Assembly (NCBI RefSeq): GCF_009914755.1
Contig: NC_060934.1
Source of the DNA: the human T2T-CHM13v2.0 reference genome, Homo sapiens
DNA length: 64,000 nt
Direction: 5' to 3' (one strand)
Shown: in pieces, positions 1 to 10,899 of the stretch
How the letters are laid out: each line of letters begins with the position of its first letter
Position numbering within the stretch: position 1 is the first letter of the stretch
The notes under the pieces: generated by a model
What the model saw: only the letters and a program-made list of their open reading frames with translations
Database searches by the model: none
Told to the model about the DNA's origin: nothing
Translations under genes and position numbers: made by a program

Positions 1-679
1 ACCCTGGGGCAAGGAGGAGTGGGAGCTGTGGTGCTTAGAAGGTGTGTGTGTGTGTCTGAAGTAGGAGTACAAGACGGTGCAGATGAGCAAAGGGTGTGAG
101 AGTTTTGAGGGAGAGCTTGTGGCTAAGGTGTGAGAGGTGTAAATTCCAGGTTGGGAGGGAGTGATGTGGGCAAAGATAAAGTGGGCCTTTCATCAGGGTT
201 GGAAGTATCAGTGTGCTGGAAGAGGAGGGTGTGAGTCTGAGGGTATAAGAGACTTGGGACCAGAATGCTATGGACGGGCATGGCTCAAGCGGGTGGCCCT
301 GTGAGTGTGGCAGGAGTTTGGAAGGGGTGAGTTCCTCCTCCCTTTCCCCCTCGCCCTCGCCATCTCTTTAAAGGCAAGGAAGCCAGAACTTTTTTCTTTT
401 ATTCAGTTTAAAAATAAAAAAGCTCCTGGAGCAGGAGAACCTGTGAGGGATTTAGCGAGCACTTCCACCCTGAACATAGCGGGGACAGGGCCCTTCTGGA
501 ACCACTGTGTGGCCTGAGAAAGTTAGGGCATGTCTGTGGAGATCCTGGAAAGGGAGGCTGTGGAGCCTCACGTTCCAGAAAGTGGAATGAGCCGAGAGCT
601 GAGAGTGGTGGGGAAGGGGAACCGCACAAAGTTGGGAAGTAGGCGAGAAGCCAGGCTGTGGGTCTGGAGGGGGGCGTGT

Positions 680-1265
680 GACAGTGAAGAAGAGGGGGTT
701 GGGTGAGAGGGTGTGCCGGCGTCTAGGCTGGGCTGCGGTCCGTGGGCGCCTCAGGCAGCGAGGGTGGCTGCTTGCCTGCGGCTGGCTGGGGCCTCGGTGC
801 GTGTGCACGCGTGTGCGCGGGGCGGAGAACCCGGGCTCCTCGGGGTGCCGGAGCCTCTGCGCGGCCGGGAGTGAGAGAGCGGGCCCGGGCGGAGCACACA
901 GGCGTGGCGGCGGGCGGCTCGGGTTATCTGAGCCGCTTGGTGTTGGGTGGCTGCGCCCAGATCTCCGGGCGGCGGCGGCGGCGAAGGCGAGACGCGTTGT
1001 CGGGCCGCGGAGGAGCGGGACAGCCAGACCCAGCCCCAGGACGCGGCGGCCGCGGGGAGCCTAGCATGGAAGAGCGCGCGGGTCCGGCAGGTAAGAGCGG
1101 CAGAGACCCGTCCGCGCCGCGGGCGAGGACTAGGGGAGAGGGATGGGGGCGGCCATGGCCGGGGCGGGCTCCTCTCCTCTTTCATCCCTGTGCTCAGTAC
1201 CCGGCGGGCGACGTGAAGGCTGGGGACTGAGGCTCTGCGGACTCTGGGGCCTCCTGGGCCGTCCC
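680..1265. promoter_or_regulatory. CpG island / distal alternative PAX2 promoter
   Basis: Dense CpG and GGC repeats (968-983); contains the distal coding exon. Confidence 0.75.
1066..1090 (+). CDS. PAX2: Alternative distal first coding exon of PAX2 (MEERAGPA + phase-1 G); start of an N-terminally extended isoform
   Basis: ATG in optimal Kozak context (AGCATGG) inside a CpG island, with no other ATG between ~590 and 1066. Strong donor CAG|GTAAGA at 1090/1091. 25 nt + 68 nt (11555-11622) = 93 nt, in frame with the canonical ATG. Confidence 0.75.
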
Positions 1266-2739
1266 TCCCGGTGTCCTCTAAACCTTCTGAAAACTTTCCA
1301 CTCAGAAAATGTGAGTTCTACAACCTCGCTTGCAGAACTTGGCTTTTTCCTTTCTGTTGTGTGTTGAGGACTTTCTCGTTCTACTTTGGGCTACAGATAT
1401 TTTGCACAACTTCCTCCAAGTTGGGAGCATTGGGAAGGCCTTCGCTTCCAGTAAGAAGGGAGTGTGAGCTGGGCCAGCGCCTATGCCAGTGGGTGGGGAA
1501 ACTCTGTGTGTACCTGTGTGTAGGGTCTTATGTATTCGATTATGAACACTAATGTAGATGAGCCTAACCTCTGTAGGGAGAAGGCTGTGTCCCCCCAACC
1601 CCAAATCAAGGGCAGCATGGGGACAGGTGGCAGGCCCCAGGGGACCCAGTGGGGAGAGGAATCTGAAAATGTTTACCCAAAGGGCTAAGGGAGTAGAGTG
1701 TTGCTCTCTTTTTCTTCCTTCCTTCGCTTGTCCCCCAGGCTGCCAACTCAGCTCTGGACTGCCCTTTAGGTGCCCTGGTGTTGCACAGCGGTGGGAAGCC
1801 AGGCACCCAAGTTTAGTTTTGGACTTCGGGGGAGGGAGAGGGTTGGAACAGGTTTCCAGAGTTTTCCAAATAATTCCACAGAGGTCAAGGCCTAATTTGA
1901 GGCCTTTTTTGCCTCACTCCTCACCTTTCCCAAATCTCATTCCTTGCTCCCCCCTCCCCCAGCTCAGGTTCCAGTTGTTTCAGCTGATAACCCAGGTCCC
2001 ACCCCCAGCCCTACCCTTGATCTAGCTTCTCGACCCAATCCCTGGGCTGTACCCAATTCCCCTCCTAGGGCCTTGTCCCCACTGGGAAACCTGAACCCCC
2101 GGGAGTGTCAACTGTGGCCACCTGAGCTTTTAGGGCTCTGGGCAGACCCTCTGCACCAGAGGTTTAAGTAGGGAGATCAATAGCAAACAGTTGTAATGAT
2201 CTAATTAATTATGGCAAAATTAAAAGCGAGTACAAAATCAATCTCTGATGGTGTTGAAGATGGAATTCAATTGAGAGCCCATCTGTGCACCCCCTCGACC
2301 GTATAAATATTCAGCCCAAGGACAGACCTAACGTCTGGGCCTTCCTGAGAACCTCTCTCCCCTTTCTTCCTCTCTGCACAGGGCTTCTCTCTCCCAAACT
2401 CTTTCTGAATCTATTTTGCCCCTTGATACCTCCTGTCCCCTGCCCTCCTTCTTTCCCTTTCCCATTTGCTCAAGCTCCTGAGACTCCAACTTTTCCATTT
2501 TCCCTCCGGGCAGGCGCTCTGCCTGCATTGCAGGCCTGAGGTTTGTGAACCAGGTTCTCAGTCCCAGCAAGTCTCCCAGCAAGGCATCTAGGCCCCCTCC
2601 CCAGGACCTCGGGAAAGAGAAGGCAGTGTGATGGGGAGCATCCTTGAGTGCCTGTCAGGGTCCTTATTCCAAATTTTCTGGCCCTCAGGATACTACAGAA
2701 GAGACCAGGGCACTCTCCACTTACCCAGGGGCGCCTGCA

Positions 2740-3260
2740 CCTACTTGGGCCTGACGGGTTAGGGCAGCCGCTTACCCGGCGCGCGTGGCACAGCGGCCAG
2801 CGGCCGGACTCCGCACCGCACTTCCTTTCCCTTCCCTCTTTTCCCGCCTTTGCGGGTACGGGTCTCGTGTTCCAGGCAGCAGCAGCTCCGGGAAAGGCGG
2901 GGGGGAGCTGCGGAGCTGGGCAGGAGACAGGGCTGTGTTTGGGAAAAGGAAACCGCACTTCGAGGCGGCTCCGCAGAGCAGAGCTGCAGAGTCTTCCGCC
3001 CTCCCAGCCGCCTTCTCCCTTTGCCTCTTTCTCTTTTCACCGCCCCCTCCCTCATCTCTTCGGTAGCCACGTTTGGCCGGGGCACAACTCCCTGGAGGCC
3101 CTGCCCCCCTAGACGGCCCCGAGCCCTTTTGGACCTCATCCGGCTAGTTTAAAATGACAATGACAGAGGCGCGTGACCGAACGTGCCTGCCGGACGTCCT
3201 GGCGCAACTGCCGCAGCCGGGTTTGCGAAGGATGCGGGTTTTACTTAGTCTCGCTGAGCC
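2740..3260. promoter_or_regulatory. CpG-rich island
   Basis: Visibly high CpG density. Confidence 0.55.
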
Positions 3261-4349
3261 TGTTCCGGAGCAGCGAAAACCATCAGGAAAGGGCGAGAGA
3301 AGGAGGAAGGGGATTGAATCAGCAACTAGGGCAATTGTGGTCTTCAGCTATCGCTGCCTATACCCCCAGAACTTACAAAAATAAGCCGTTTATTCGATGC
3401 CCTCCCTTTTTCTGCACTGCTCTGTCCCAGCTGGCTCTCTGGCTCCCTGACGCTGGTCCCCTGCCTCTGCCTTCTGGGGCCCTGAGCTCCCTCCCTGGCC
3501 TGCACTGAGTTCCCAGGTTTCTTTCTACCTTGGGAGACTTCTCCTCTCCCTCTCCCCATTCGGGCGCCAGGCTTTCAGAGCCTGGGGGAGACACAGCCTG
3601 ATGCCTCCCCGCCCTCTTTTGCCAGGCCTCCTCACCCCGTTATTAACTGCTGTGTTGACCTGCAGGATTGATTGGCGGCCCCGCTGGAAGAGGCTGCGGA
3701 GGCCTTGGCCTCGGAGCAGCCTCTGCTTAGGGCAAAGGGGGAGAGGGAGGGGGAGGTGCTGGATATGGGTCCCCAGCTCCCATCTCAGCCCCGCCTGGAA
3801 CACAGCTGTCTGCCTATACTACCTTCGCCACCCCCTGGCACTTTTTACACACCCTCACAACACTCAAGCACACTCCTACGATCCCCTCATCCAGACGCTC
3901 AGCCCCCAAAGAGACACATCAGAAATTCTCCTTAATTGATTCAGAAATTGAAAGGGGCTTCCTCCCTCCATCAGTTTCTTCAATGTATTCGTTATCCGCG
4001 GGTCTAGACCTCCCAGCCCGTCTAGACCTAGCGGAGCGAACTCCTGGAACCTGAGGGATTTTTTTCTTTCCAACATTTACCTTGCAGCTTTTCTTTTTTA
4101 GGAACAGTTACACAAAGTTAAGAAATAATTCTGGATGCAGGTGACGCTTGAGATGCAAGTCTCAAACCAAAGCATTTTTTCCAGAAAGAGACCCTGTCCT
4201 GGCTCCTGAGGGATTCAGTTCAGCCCTTTTGTTTCAAGTTCGGGGAACGGATGGCTCTGGACCTTGGAGGGCAGAGGCTGGCAGTCGCCTGGGGCAGGGG
4301 TCTCACCCTACAGAGAGGGCCCTCCTTCCCCCTTTCCCCGAGGGCCTAA

Positions 4350-4369
4350 TCCGTCGCGCGCGCGCACGC

Positions 4370-4413
<44 letters not shown>

Positions 4414-5300
4414 CCCCCATAGCCACCGCAACTCTCAGCAGCAGCCCTAGCCCCGACCCGAGGCCCCAAGACGGCGGGCCAGGAACCCCTGGGACGTCCT
4501 GGCTCCAGGCTGGACGTAGGCGGAGGTGGCAGGAGTGGACAAACCCAGGCGGGTCCCACGACGCCCCTTTCCTCGGGTCTCTCCTTGTTTCAGCCAGCCG
4601 CTCTCGCCCCTGGTCCCCTCTCCCCTGCGTTCGGGTCCTTTGTCTCCAGCCACCTCGCAGCCTGTCCCCGCCTCGGCGGCCCTGCCCTTTGGGCCTCCCA
4701 GTCTCTCTGGCGGGTCCCCCTGCCTTACCAGCTCCCGGCTGTGGCGCGCTCTCCGCCTGCTCCTCACATCCACACAGCTGCTGGGAGAGGAGGAAGGAAA
4801 GGCGGGCGCGCCGCGGATGGATCCGAGACGGTAGATTTGGTGCCGGCTCGCAACTCTGGGAAACTCAGCGCCGGTCCTCCCGCCCCTCTCCAACTCTGCC
4901 CAGCGCGGCCCGGTCGCGCGCGCTCACCCGCGGGGACCCTTCCTTTCCCTGTATTTCGGCTGTGGCTGTTTCGCTCCCTCTGGTCTCCCAGCCTCTGGAG
5001 TGTGCTTCCCTGGCCCTACACTCCGTTCCCTTTCGGCCGCCCCCGGCTGTCGCCTGCCCCCACCCTCCGCAGGTCCCACGGTCGCGGCGGCGATGACTGT
5101 GGAGGTAACGCCGGGGACGTCCTGGGTCAGCCTGCACCGTCTCCCTCGACCACAGCCCGATGAGGCCGCGGGCTCCGGGCCGGCTGCTAAGAGAGTTAAT
5201 CATTACTTCGCCAGCGACACTCAGCCTCCCTCCGACTCTCTCGCCCGGCCTAGGGGAGGAGGGGAGGGGACAGCTGGCCAGGTGGGGACTTCGGCTTCGC
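4350..5300. promoter_or_regulatory. CpG island
   Basis: High GC and CpG density. Confidence 0.7.
4355..4411. repeat. Compound (CG)5...(AC)20 microsatellite
   Basis: cgcgcgcgcgcacgcg g (ac)20, read directly. Confidence 0.95.
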
Positions 5301-6019
5301 ACAAACCAGCCTCTTCAGGCCTCCCAGAGACAGGTGGTGGCTTCTCAGTTCCCTCGGCAACTCTCTAAGGTCCTCTTTCTTCCCCTCCTGTCTCTCCCTC
5401 CTTCGAGCCTCCTCCCAGCCAGGCCTCTCCCCACCGTCTCCTGTCCGCTCTGGCTTTGACTGATTAACTGCAGGTCCTGGGAGAACCAACTTTCTTTGTT
5501 TGGAACCGGACCGGACGGGATTTCCTTCCCTAGGTCTCCGCCAATGGGCCAGCTCCTCCCGACGGTTTTGGCGGACTGGCTGAAGAGGACCGCGCCTGAG
5601 GCCACAATTAACCCGGCTGTTGGTGGTGGTGGTTGGGGGGTGGGCAGTGAGGAATTTAACCGATCCTCTAGCAGCTGCGCTGGTGCAGTTGGGAGGGGGG
5701 TGCAGGAAGTGGGAATGGAGGAGTGGCAGGAGGTATAGACAGAGGGAAGAACGATAAACCTGGACAGGTGTGGCATAGCCAATAGAAGGGGAAACAAAAT
5801 AAAACAGGAAGGCGGCGCGGGGAGGAATCCCCAGTAACCTTTATAGGATTGAAGTTGGGTGGAAAACGCCACCTCCTGCCCTACCTTAGCACTCAGATCC
5901 CTCCTTTACCTCTTTGTGAAAGGGTAAGAGTTCAGAAAGCTGGCCATTTACTCCATAATCTACTAGAGAAATGTCTGGGTTTGCAAAATGCCTATTGATT
6001 AGCTCCATGGAGTAGACAA

Positions 6020-6110
6020 GACAGGCGTAATTATCCCCATTTTACAGGTGAGAAAACTGAGTCTCAAAGAAGCAAAGGGACTGTGTATGTAGTGGCTGTC
6101 ACTTTTTCCT
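6020..6110 (-). mobile_element. MIR fragment
   Basis: ttatccccattttacaggtgagaaaactgag matches the MIR core in reverse. Confidence 0.7.
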
Positions 6111-6689
6111 GTAGGCTGTGGGGTGAGTGGCCCCTTTAGCTGTGCAGAGGTCCATGGGTATCTAGGGAGGCGGTACAGGCTGTGTCCAGGTCTGAGCCAG
6201 AAGTACCAGGGCCTCACGGGGCTCCTAGCCCTTTTAGCTTGTTCTCTGTTGGACAGGACCTTCACTCTTACTCTCTAGACCTGCTGGCTGGGTTTCTCCC
6301 AGCTTCGCTATTTTTTCAGTTCCCTAGTAGAGTGGCCCATGGGCGGTAGCCACCTGGCTGGCCCGTGCCACTAAGAGGCAGCTTTGGTGGCCAAGTGGCT
6401 TGCATTGTTGTTGCTCCTCAAAGGGCCTGTGAAGGGCTGGGCAGGTCGCAAAGACCTCTTGTGAGGGGAAGCTAGATTAAAGGGGGAGGGATCCTGGAGG
6501 ATAAAGGCCCAGCACGTGCGCCTGGACTCCACAGGACCAACAGACCGAGCGGGCGGGGCCAGCTGGGAGTCAGGCCCCCCGGGCTTCACGCAGGGAGCCC
6601 AAATATTGGGAACAAAAGCAGGAAAAGAAGAGTGAGAGCAGGAGGGAGGGAGGGAGCGAGGAAGCAGAAATTAGGGGGTCTTAGATGAA

Positions 6690-8130
6690 AAAAAAAAGAA
6701 AGTAGCTTTAGGGGGAATGTGCTGTGGAGTGTGAAATTGCAGCCCATGGTGCTCCATATTGTACCAGAAGCTCTTCCAAAAAAAAAAAAAAAAACCATCC
6801 TCCAACGTGACCAGAGGGCCAGGCAGGGGGAAGGGCGGGGAGAGAATGGGGAGGAGGAGGGGGAAAGGCCGGGCAGGAGCCGGTCAGGCCTTTCTGCGGA
6901 AGGGGCTGGGGTGTAAGTTTCGGCTCCCTGGGATCTGACAGCCGAGGGTATGCGCCCTGGGGTGCGCCGGGACCCAGAGGGCGAGTGAGCCTCGGTTGGT
7001 CGGCTCTGGAGTTCGGTTGTCAGAAGAACTTTTATTTTTCTTTTTGGTGGTGACTTCTAAAAGTGGGAATAATCCAGAAATGAAGCTCAGCTGCGGAGCT
7101 GCAGCTCTGTTCTCCCTCTCTCCCCTCCCTTTCTGCTTCTCTTCCCTTCGGACTACTTTTCTCCCCTTGGTTCTAAATAGCTTTTTCCCCTCTGAACTTT
7201 AATGCATTTAATTTGGTCCGCGCTGTGGGGAGCATTTCCTGGGGAGATGCATTTAATTTCGGAATTTCTAATCCCCTCCCTCAGACCCCGGTCCTAGCTC
7301 CCCTAGCCGCTCCCCGGGAAGTGGAAGGAGGAAGGCAGGTCCCGGCCACGGGGGAGGGGCGCGGCTGGGATGCTCCCGCGGCCCCCTCCGTCTCACCAAG
7401 GCTCAGCCGCCTTCCCAAGCTACTGGAGGCCGGGCGCCTGGGCCCCGGGTCAGGGCCCTGCAGGAGGAGGAGAGGCAACCACGCTTCTGCCTTTTCTCGC
7501 CTGGGCAGAAAACGCTGGGCCAGGGAACTGGAAACCGGAAAACAGGAGAAAGGGTTTCTGGAAGGCAGCGGGAGCGGGTGGCAGCGGGGCAGCGGGCAGT
7601 GGACTAGGTCTACACCGGCACTTCACTTTTGCACAACATGCCCAGAAACGCATTTGAGAGCCCTGGAGTCGCGCTTGGCTTGGCTTGGGGCGCCGGTGCG
7701 TGGGTACACTCGAGGTCGGGGTGCCTATCCGCCACCCCGACACCTACACCCAGGCAGAGCAGGCGCGGCCCAGCCAGACAACCAGGCCGGCAGTAGCTCG
7801 GCCTGGAGGGCGGAGGCAAGGTTGGGGGCCGCCAGGCGCCTGGGCAAGCCTGGCAGGGAAGGGAGCCGAGAAGGCAAAGGAGCCGAGATCCACAAGGAAG
7901 ATTTATTGGGCAGATCAGATGCACAGAGGCGGCTAATGAAGCAAATCCCGAGATGGGTATCAGAGCAACTCCCCAAAAGTTTATTTGCCTTTAAATTTCC
8001 GCAGGGAGGCGGGCTCCTTGTTTGAAGTGTAAATGCCCCTAGGTTGGGGGGTGGAAGGGCCGCTTTGAAAACACCAGAGAGAAAAGGTTCATTTAGAGGC
8101 GGACGGGAAAAGCAACCAACCCTGACAGGT
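6690..8130. promoter_or_regulatory. Upstream enhancer region (about -4 to -2.8 kb) in CpG-rich context
   Basis: AT-rich motif blocks at 7190-7275 and 7890-8035 within GC-rich DNA. Position fits, from memory, the mouse Pax2 mid-hindbrain and nephric-duct enhancers. Confidence 0.55.
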
Positions 8131-8161
8131 CGGAGCCCGGGTAGTGTTTGGGGTTGGGTTG

Positions 8162-8204
8162 TTTTCTTTCTTTCTCTTTCTTTTCCCCTTTCCTCTTCTT
8201 TCTT

Positions 8205-8245
<41 letters not shown>
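8162..8245. repeat. Pyrimidine tract ending in T39
   Basis: Uninterrupted T run at 8207-8245. Confidence 0.95.
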
Positions 8246-8248
<3 letters not shown>

Positions 8249-10899
8249 TTCTTGCTTCCCCCCACCCCTCTACTAGACTCTATAGAAGAAAGAGAACAGA
8301 AAAGGGGGAGTCAGAGGAGCGGCCAGTGACTGGATGAAGGCCAGCCCTTCATCCTGGAGCCCCAGGAGAAGGCAGAGCTTTGGAGAAAAGGGGTTCCTAA
8401 TCTCCAGGGAGCATTACTCTTTGACTCTCTAGACCCAGGAATGGGCTGGAGCTAATGGGGAAGCGGCCAGGAGCCGGCCTGGCGGAAGAGTGAGTGTCCA
8501 GCTAGTGCAGTGCTGGGGAGACGATCCCAGGAGCAGGGGGGACTCTCAGGGGCTACCTGGGAATGGGACTATCAGAAGGGTCTTTACTCCTCAGAAGGTG
8601 CATGTGAAGGACAGGTGTGTGAGGACAACTTCCAGCACACTTGGCGCATTAAGTCCCCTTCTCTACAAAATGGAAAATCCTTCTCGCCCAACATGTGAAA
8701 ATGCTTGTTGTGGGCACCCACATTTCATGGTACTTGTAACATAGGGACATGTCTAGCTGGTTCTAGAAAAATCTGTGTCTGTGTGGAAGGGGGGGGTTTA
8801 CTCACAGCTTTCTTCCTTCAATAGTTCACACACCCCGAGACAAATTCCTGGATGACCAACTTGGAGAGACCTGGGGCAAAGGTTACTTTAGTTCTGAGCT
8901 CCTCTAAATAAGGACCCTTTCTCAACGTTCCTTTCACCCCAGTTCTGGGTTAATTACTTCCCAGAGGGGAAAGCCAAGGCTGTGCTAGCTAATACCACCT
9001 GAGATCCCTTGCACTCTGGCCTGGGAGCTGTTACTTTTCGGCTGCCCGAACTGTTTTCCTTCTTCGGTCCCTACACGAAGTTAGTGCGTGTTCGTGGGGT
9101 TGTGAGGCCAAAGCAAACCCGGGAGCGCCATCTGCAGGCCTCAAGAGGAAGAGACTGACCTTAGAGGCTAGGCCCTGCGTCTTCAACCTCTAGCCCAAGG
9201 GAACCAACCTGCCTAGCCACCCAAGGGAAGTGGGATAGGGGCTGGGAGGGGCAGGCGGTGAGGAGTGTTTTCCTCCCAGACTTTACCCCGCAGGTGGATT
9301 AAGCTTATTGGGCTCTGGAGGATACAGGAGGGAGGGCAAATGCCAGGATCCCAGCGGACCCAGGCCCCACAGGAGTGAGAGGCTCAGAACCTCGTCCCGC
9401 TGAGCCTGGCCTGAGCTCCTCCTGAGGAATAAGGGCATCCCAAAAACCCGGGTACAAGACGCCCAGTAGTAGTAGTTAGGCTGAGTCAGGCAGGTGCATC
9501 TCTCCCCATGGTATCTGCCGCCCAGGCTCCGGCCAGAGGGAGGGGAGCGCGAGTCCGCGGCGCTTCCGCGGGGCGCCCGGAGCTGCAGACGGGGGCTGGA
9601 GGAATCTCGGATTCGGGCTGCAAGAGCGCTGCGCAAGCTTCGCCGAGCCGCCCTTTCGCAGACCCAGGGAAGCGGGGGGAGGGAGCGAAGGAGGGAGAGA
9701 GAGTTAAAACATCAGCTGAAGTGCCAAGATGATTTATGAGACGAGGGAAAATATTTCATGAAGATCTCCCGGATATTCTGTACTTAACCAGTTAGGAGAC
9801 AAAGGGCTTCTTCTGCCTGGTGCGTGCGAGCGGACCCCAGCGAGCAAGGGAGCTAGTGCCAGAGAGAGCTGCGGAGGCTCCGGCAGGAGTGGGGACGTCC
9901 CCGTGGTTGCGCCTCCTGCGCTCGCCCCGGATCCACCGAGCTAGCAGCGGGCGGCGCTCAGCCGCGTCCGCAGCCTCCTCTTCTCCCCAGCCGGGGAGAG
10001 CCAGCCTCGTCTCCCACATCCTCTGCCGCCAGCGACCTGCAGCTCCGCACTGTTTCCCTCCCCTGTACCCCCTTCCCAGTCACCCGAGGGTTCAGAAACC
10101 AAGTCCCCCGGCTCTCCCGCCATCCGCTGGGTCCCACCGAGGCAGGTGGGTACTCGCCGGAGGTCTTCAGCTCGATTCTGAACCAAGCGTTCTGGACTGC
10201 CCAGACCCGGTGGGCAAGGGGACTGGGGAGGCCCTGCGCACAGTCGCGTGGAACGGGAGGGGACAAGACAAACTGCTGGACACTTTTCCGTGGAATGAGA
10301 AGTGGGGGGTGCGTGGGTGGGAAGGTACCTCCGGAGGGAAAGGCCAAAGGGAAGGACCAGAAAGAGAGGAAGGAAGAGCCGGGAAGGAACGGAAGGGAAC
10401 TCAGAGCCGAGGGTGGTGGGGTTGGGGCTAGGGATGCGCACTGGGCCCGGGGCCGCGCGGCCCAGGCGGGCACTGGCCAGTGGATGGCAGGGCTGGGCGA
10501 GTTAGAACTGAGAGCCCGGCTTCACAGCGCAGCGCGCTCCGAGGCCCTCTGTCGTTACCTGAATATTCATTAGACTGACCGCTCTTTATCCTTATCTAAC
10601 GTTTATCTTATCGGCGAGTTTCGTTTCTCAGTGTAGTTTTAATCCCGGGCTCCCATTCCCCCTCCCCCGGTCCGCTCCCCTCCCTCCCTCTTCCTTCGCC
10701 GGCTGCTCCCTCCCTCCCTCCCTCCCATTTCTCCCTCCCCTGCCCTCCCCTTGCCGGCACCGGAGTGACAGGCTCGGGGCCCTCCTCGCCGAAGCTCGGG
10801 GCTCCAGCGCTGGCGAATCACAGAGTGGTGGAATCTATTGCCTTTGTCTGACAAGTCATCCATCTCCCGGCGCGGGGAGGGGGAGGAGGTCTGGAGGGG

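Noticed and set aside
7213-8025. 270-aa ORF and the many other long ORFs in CpG islands
   Set aside because: They are Pro/Arg/Gly/Ala-rich, have no domain, often lack an ATG start and overlap on both strands, as expected from stop-codon scarcity in GC-rich DNA.
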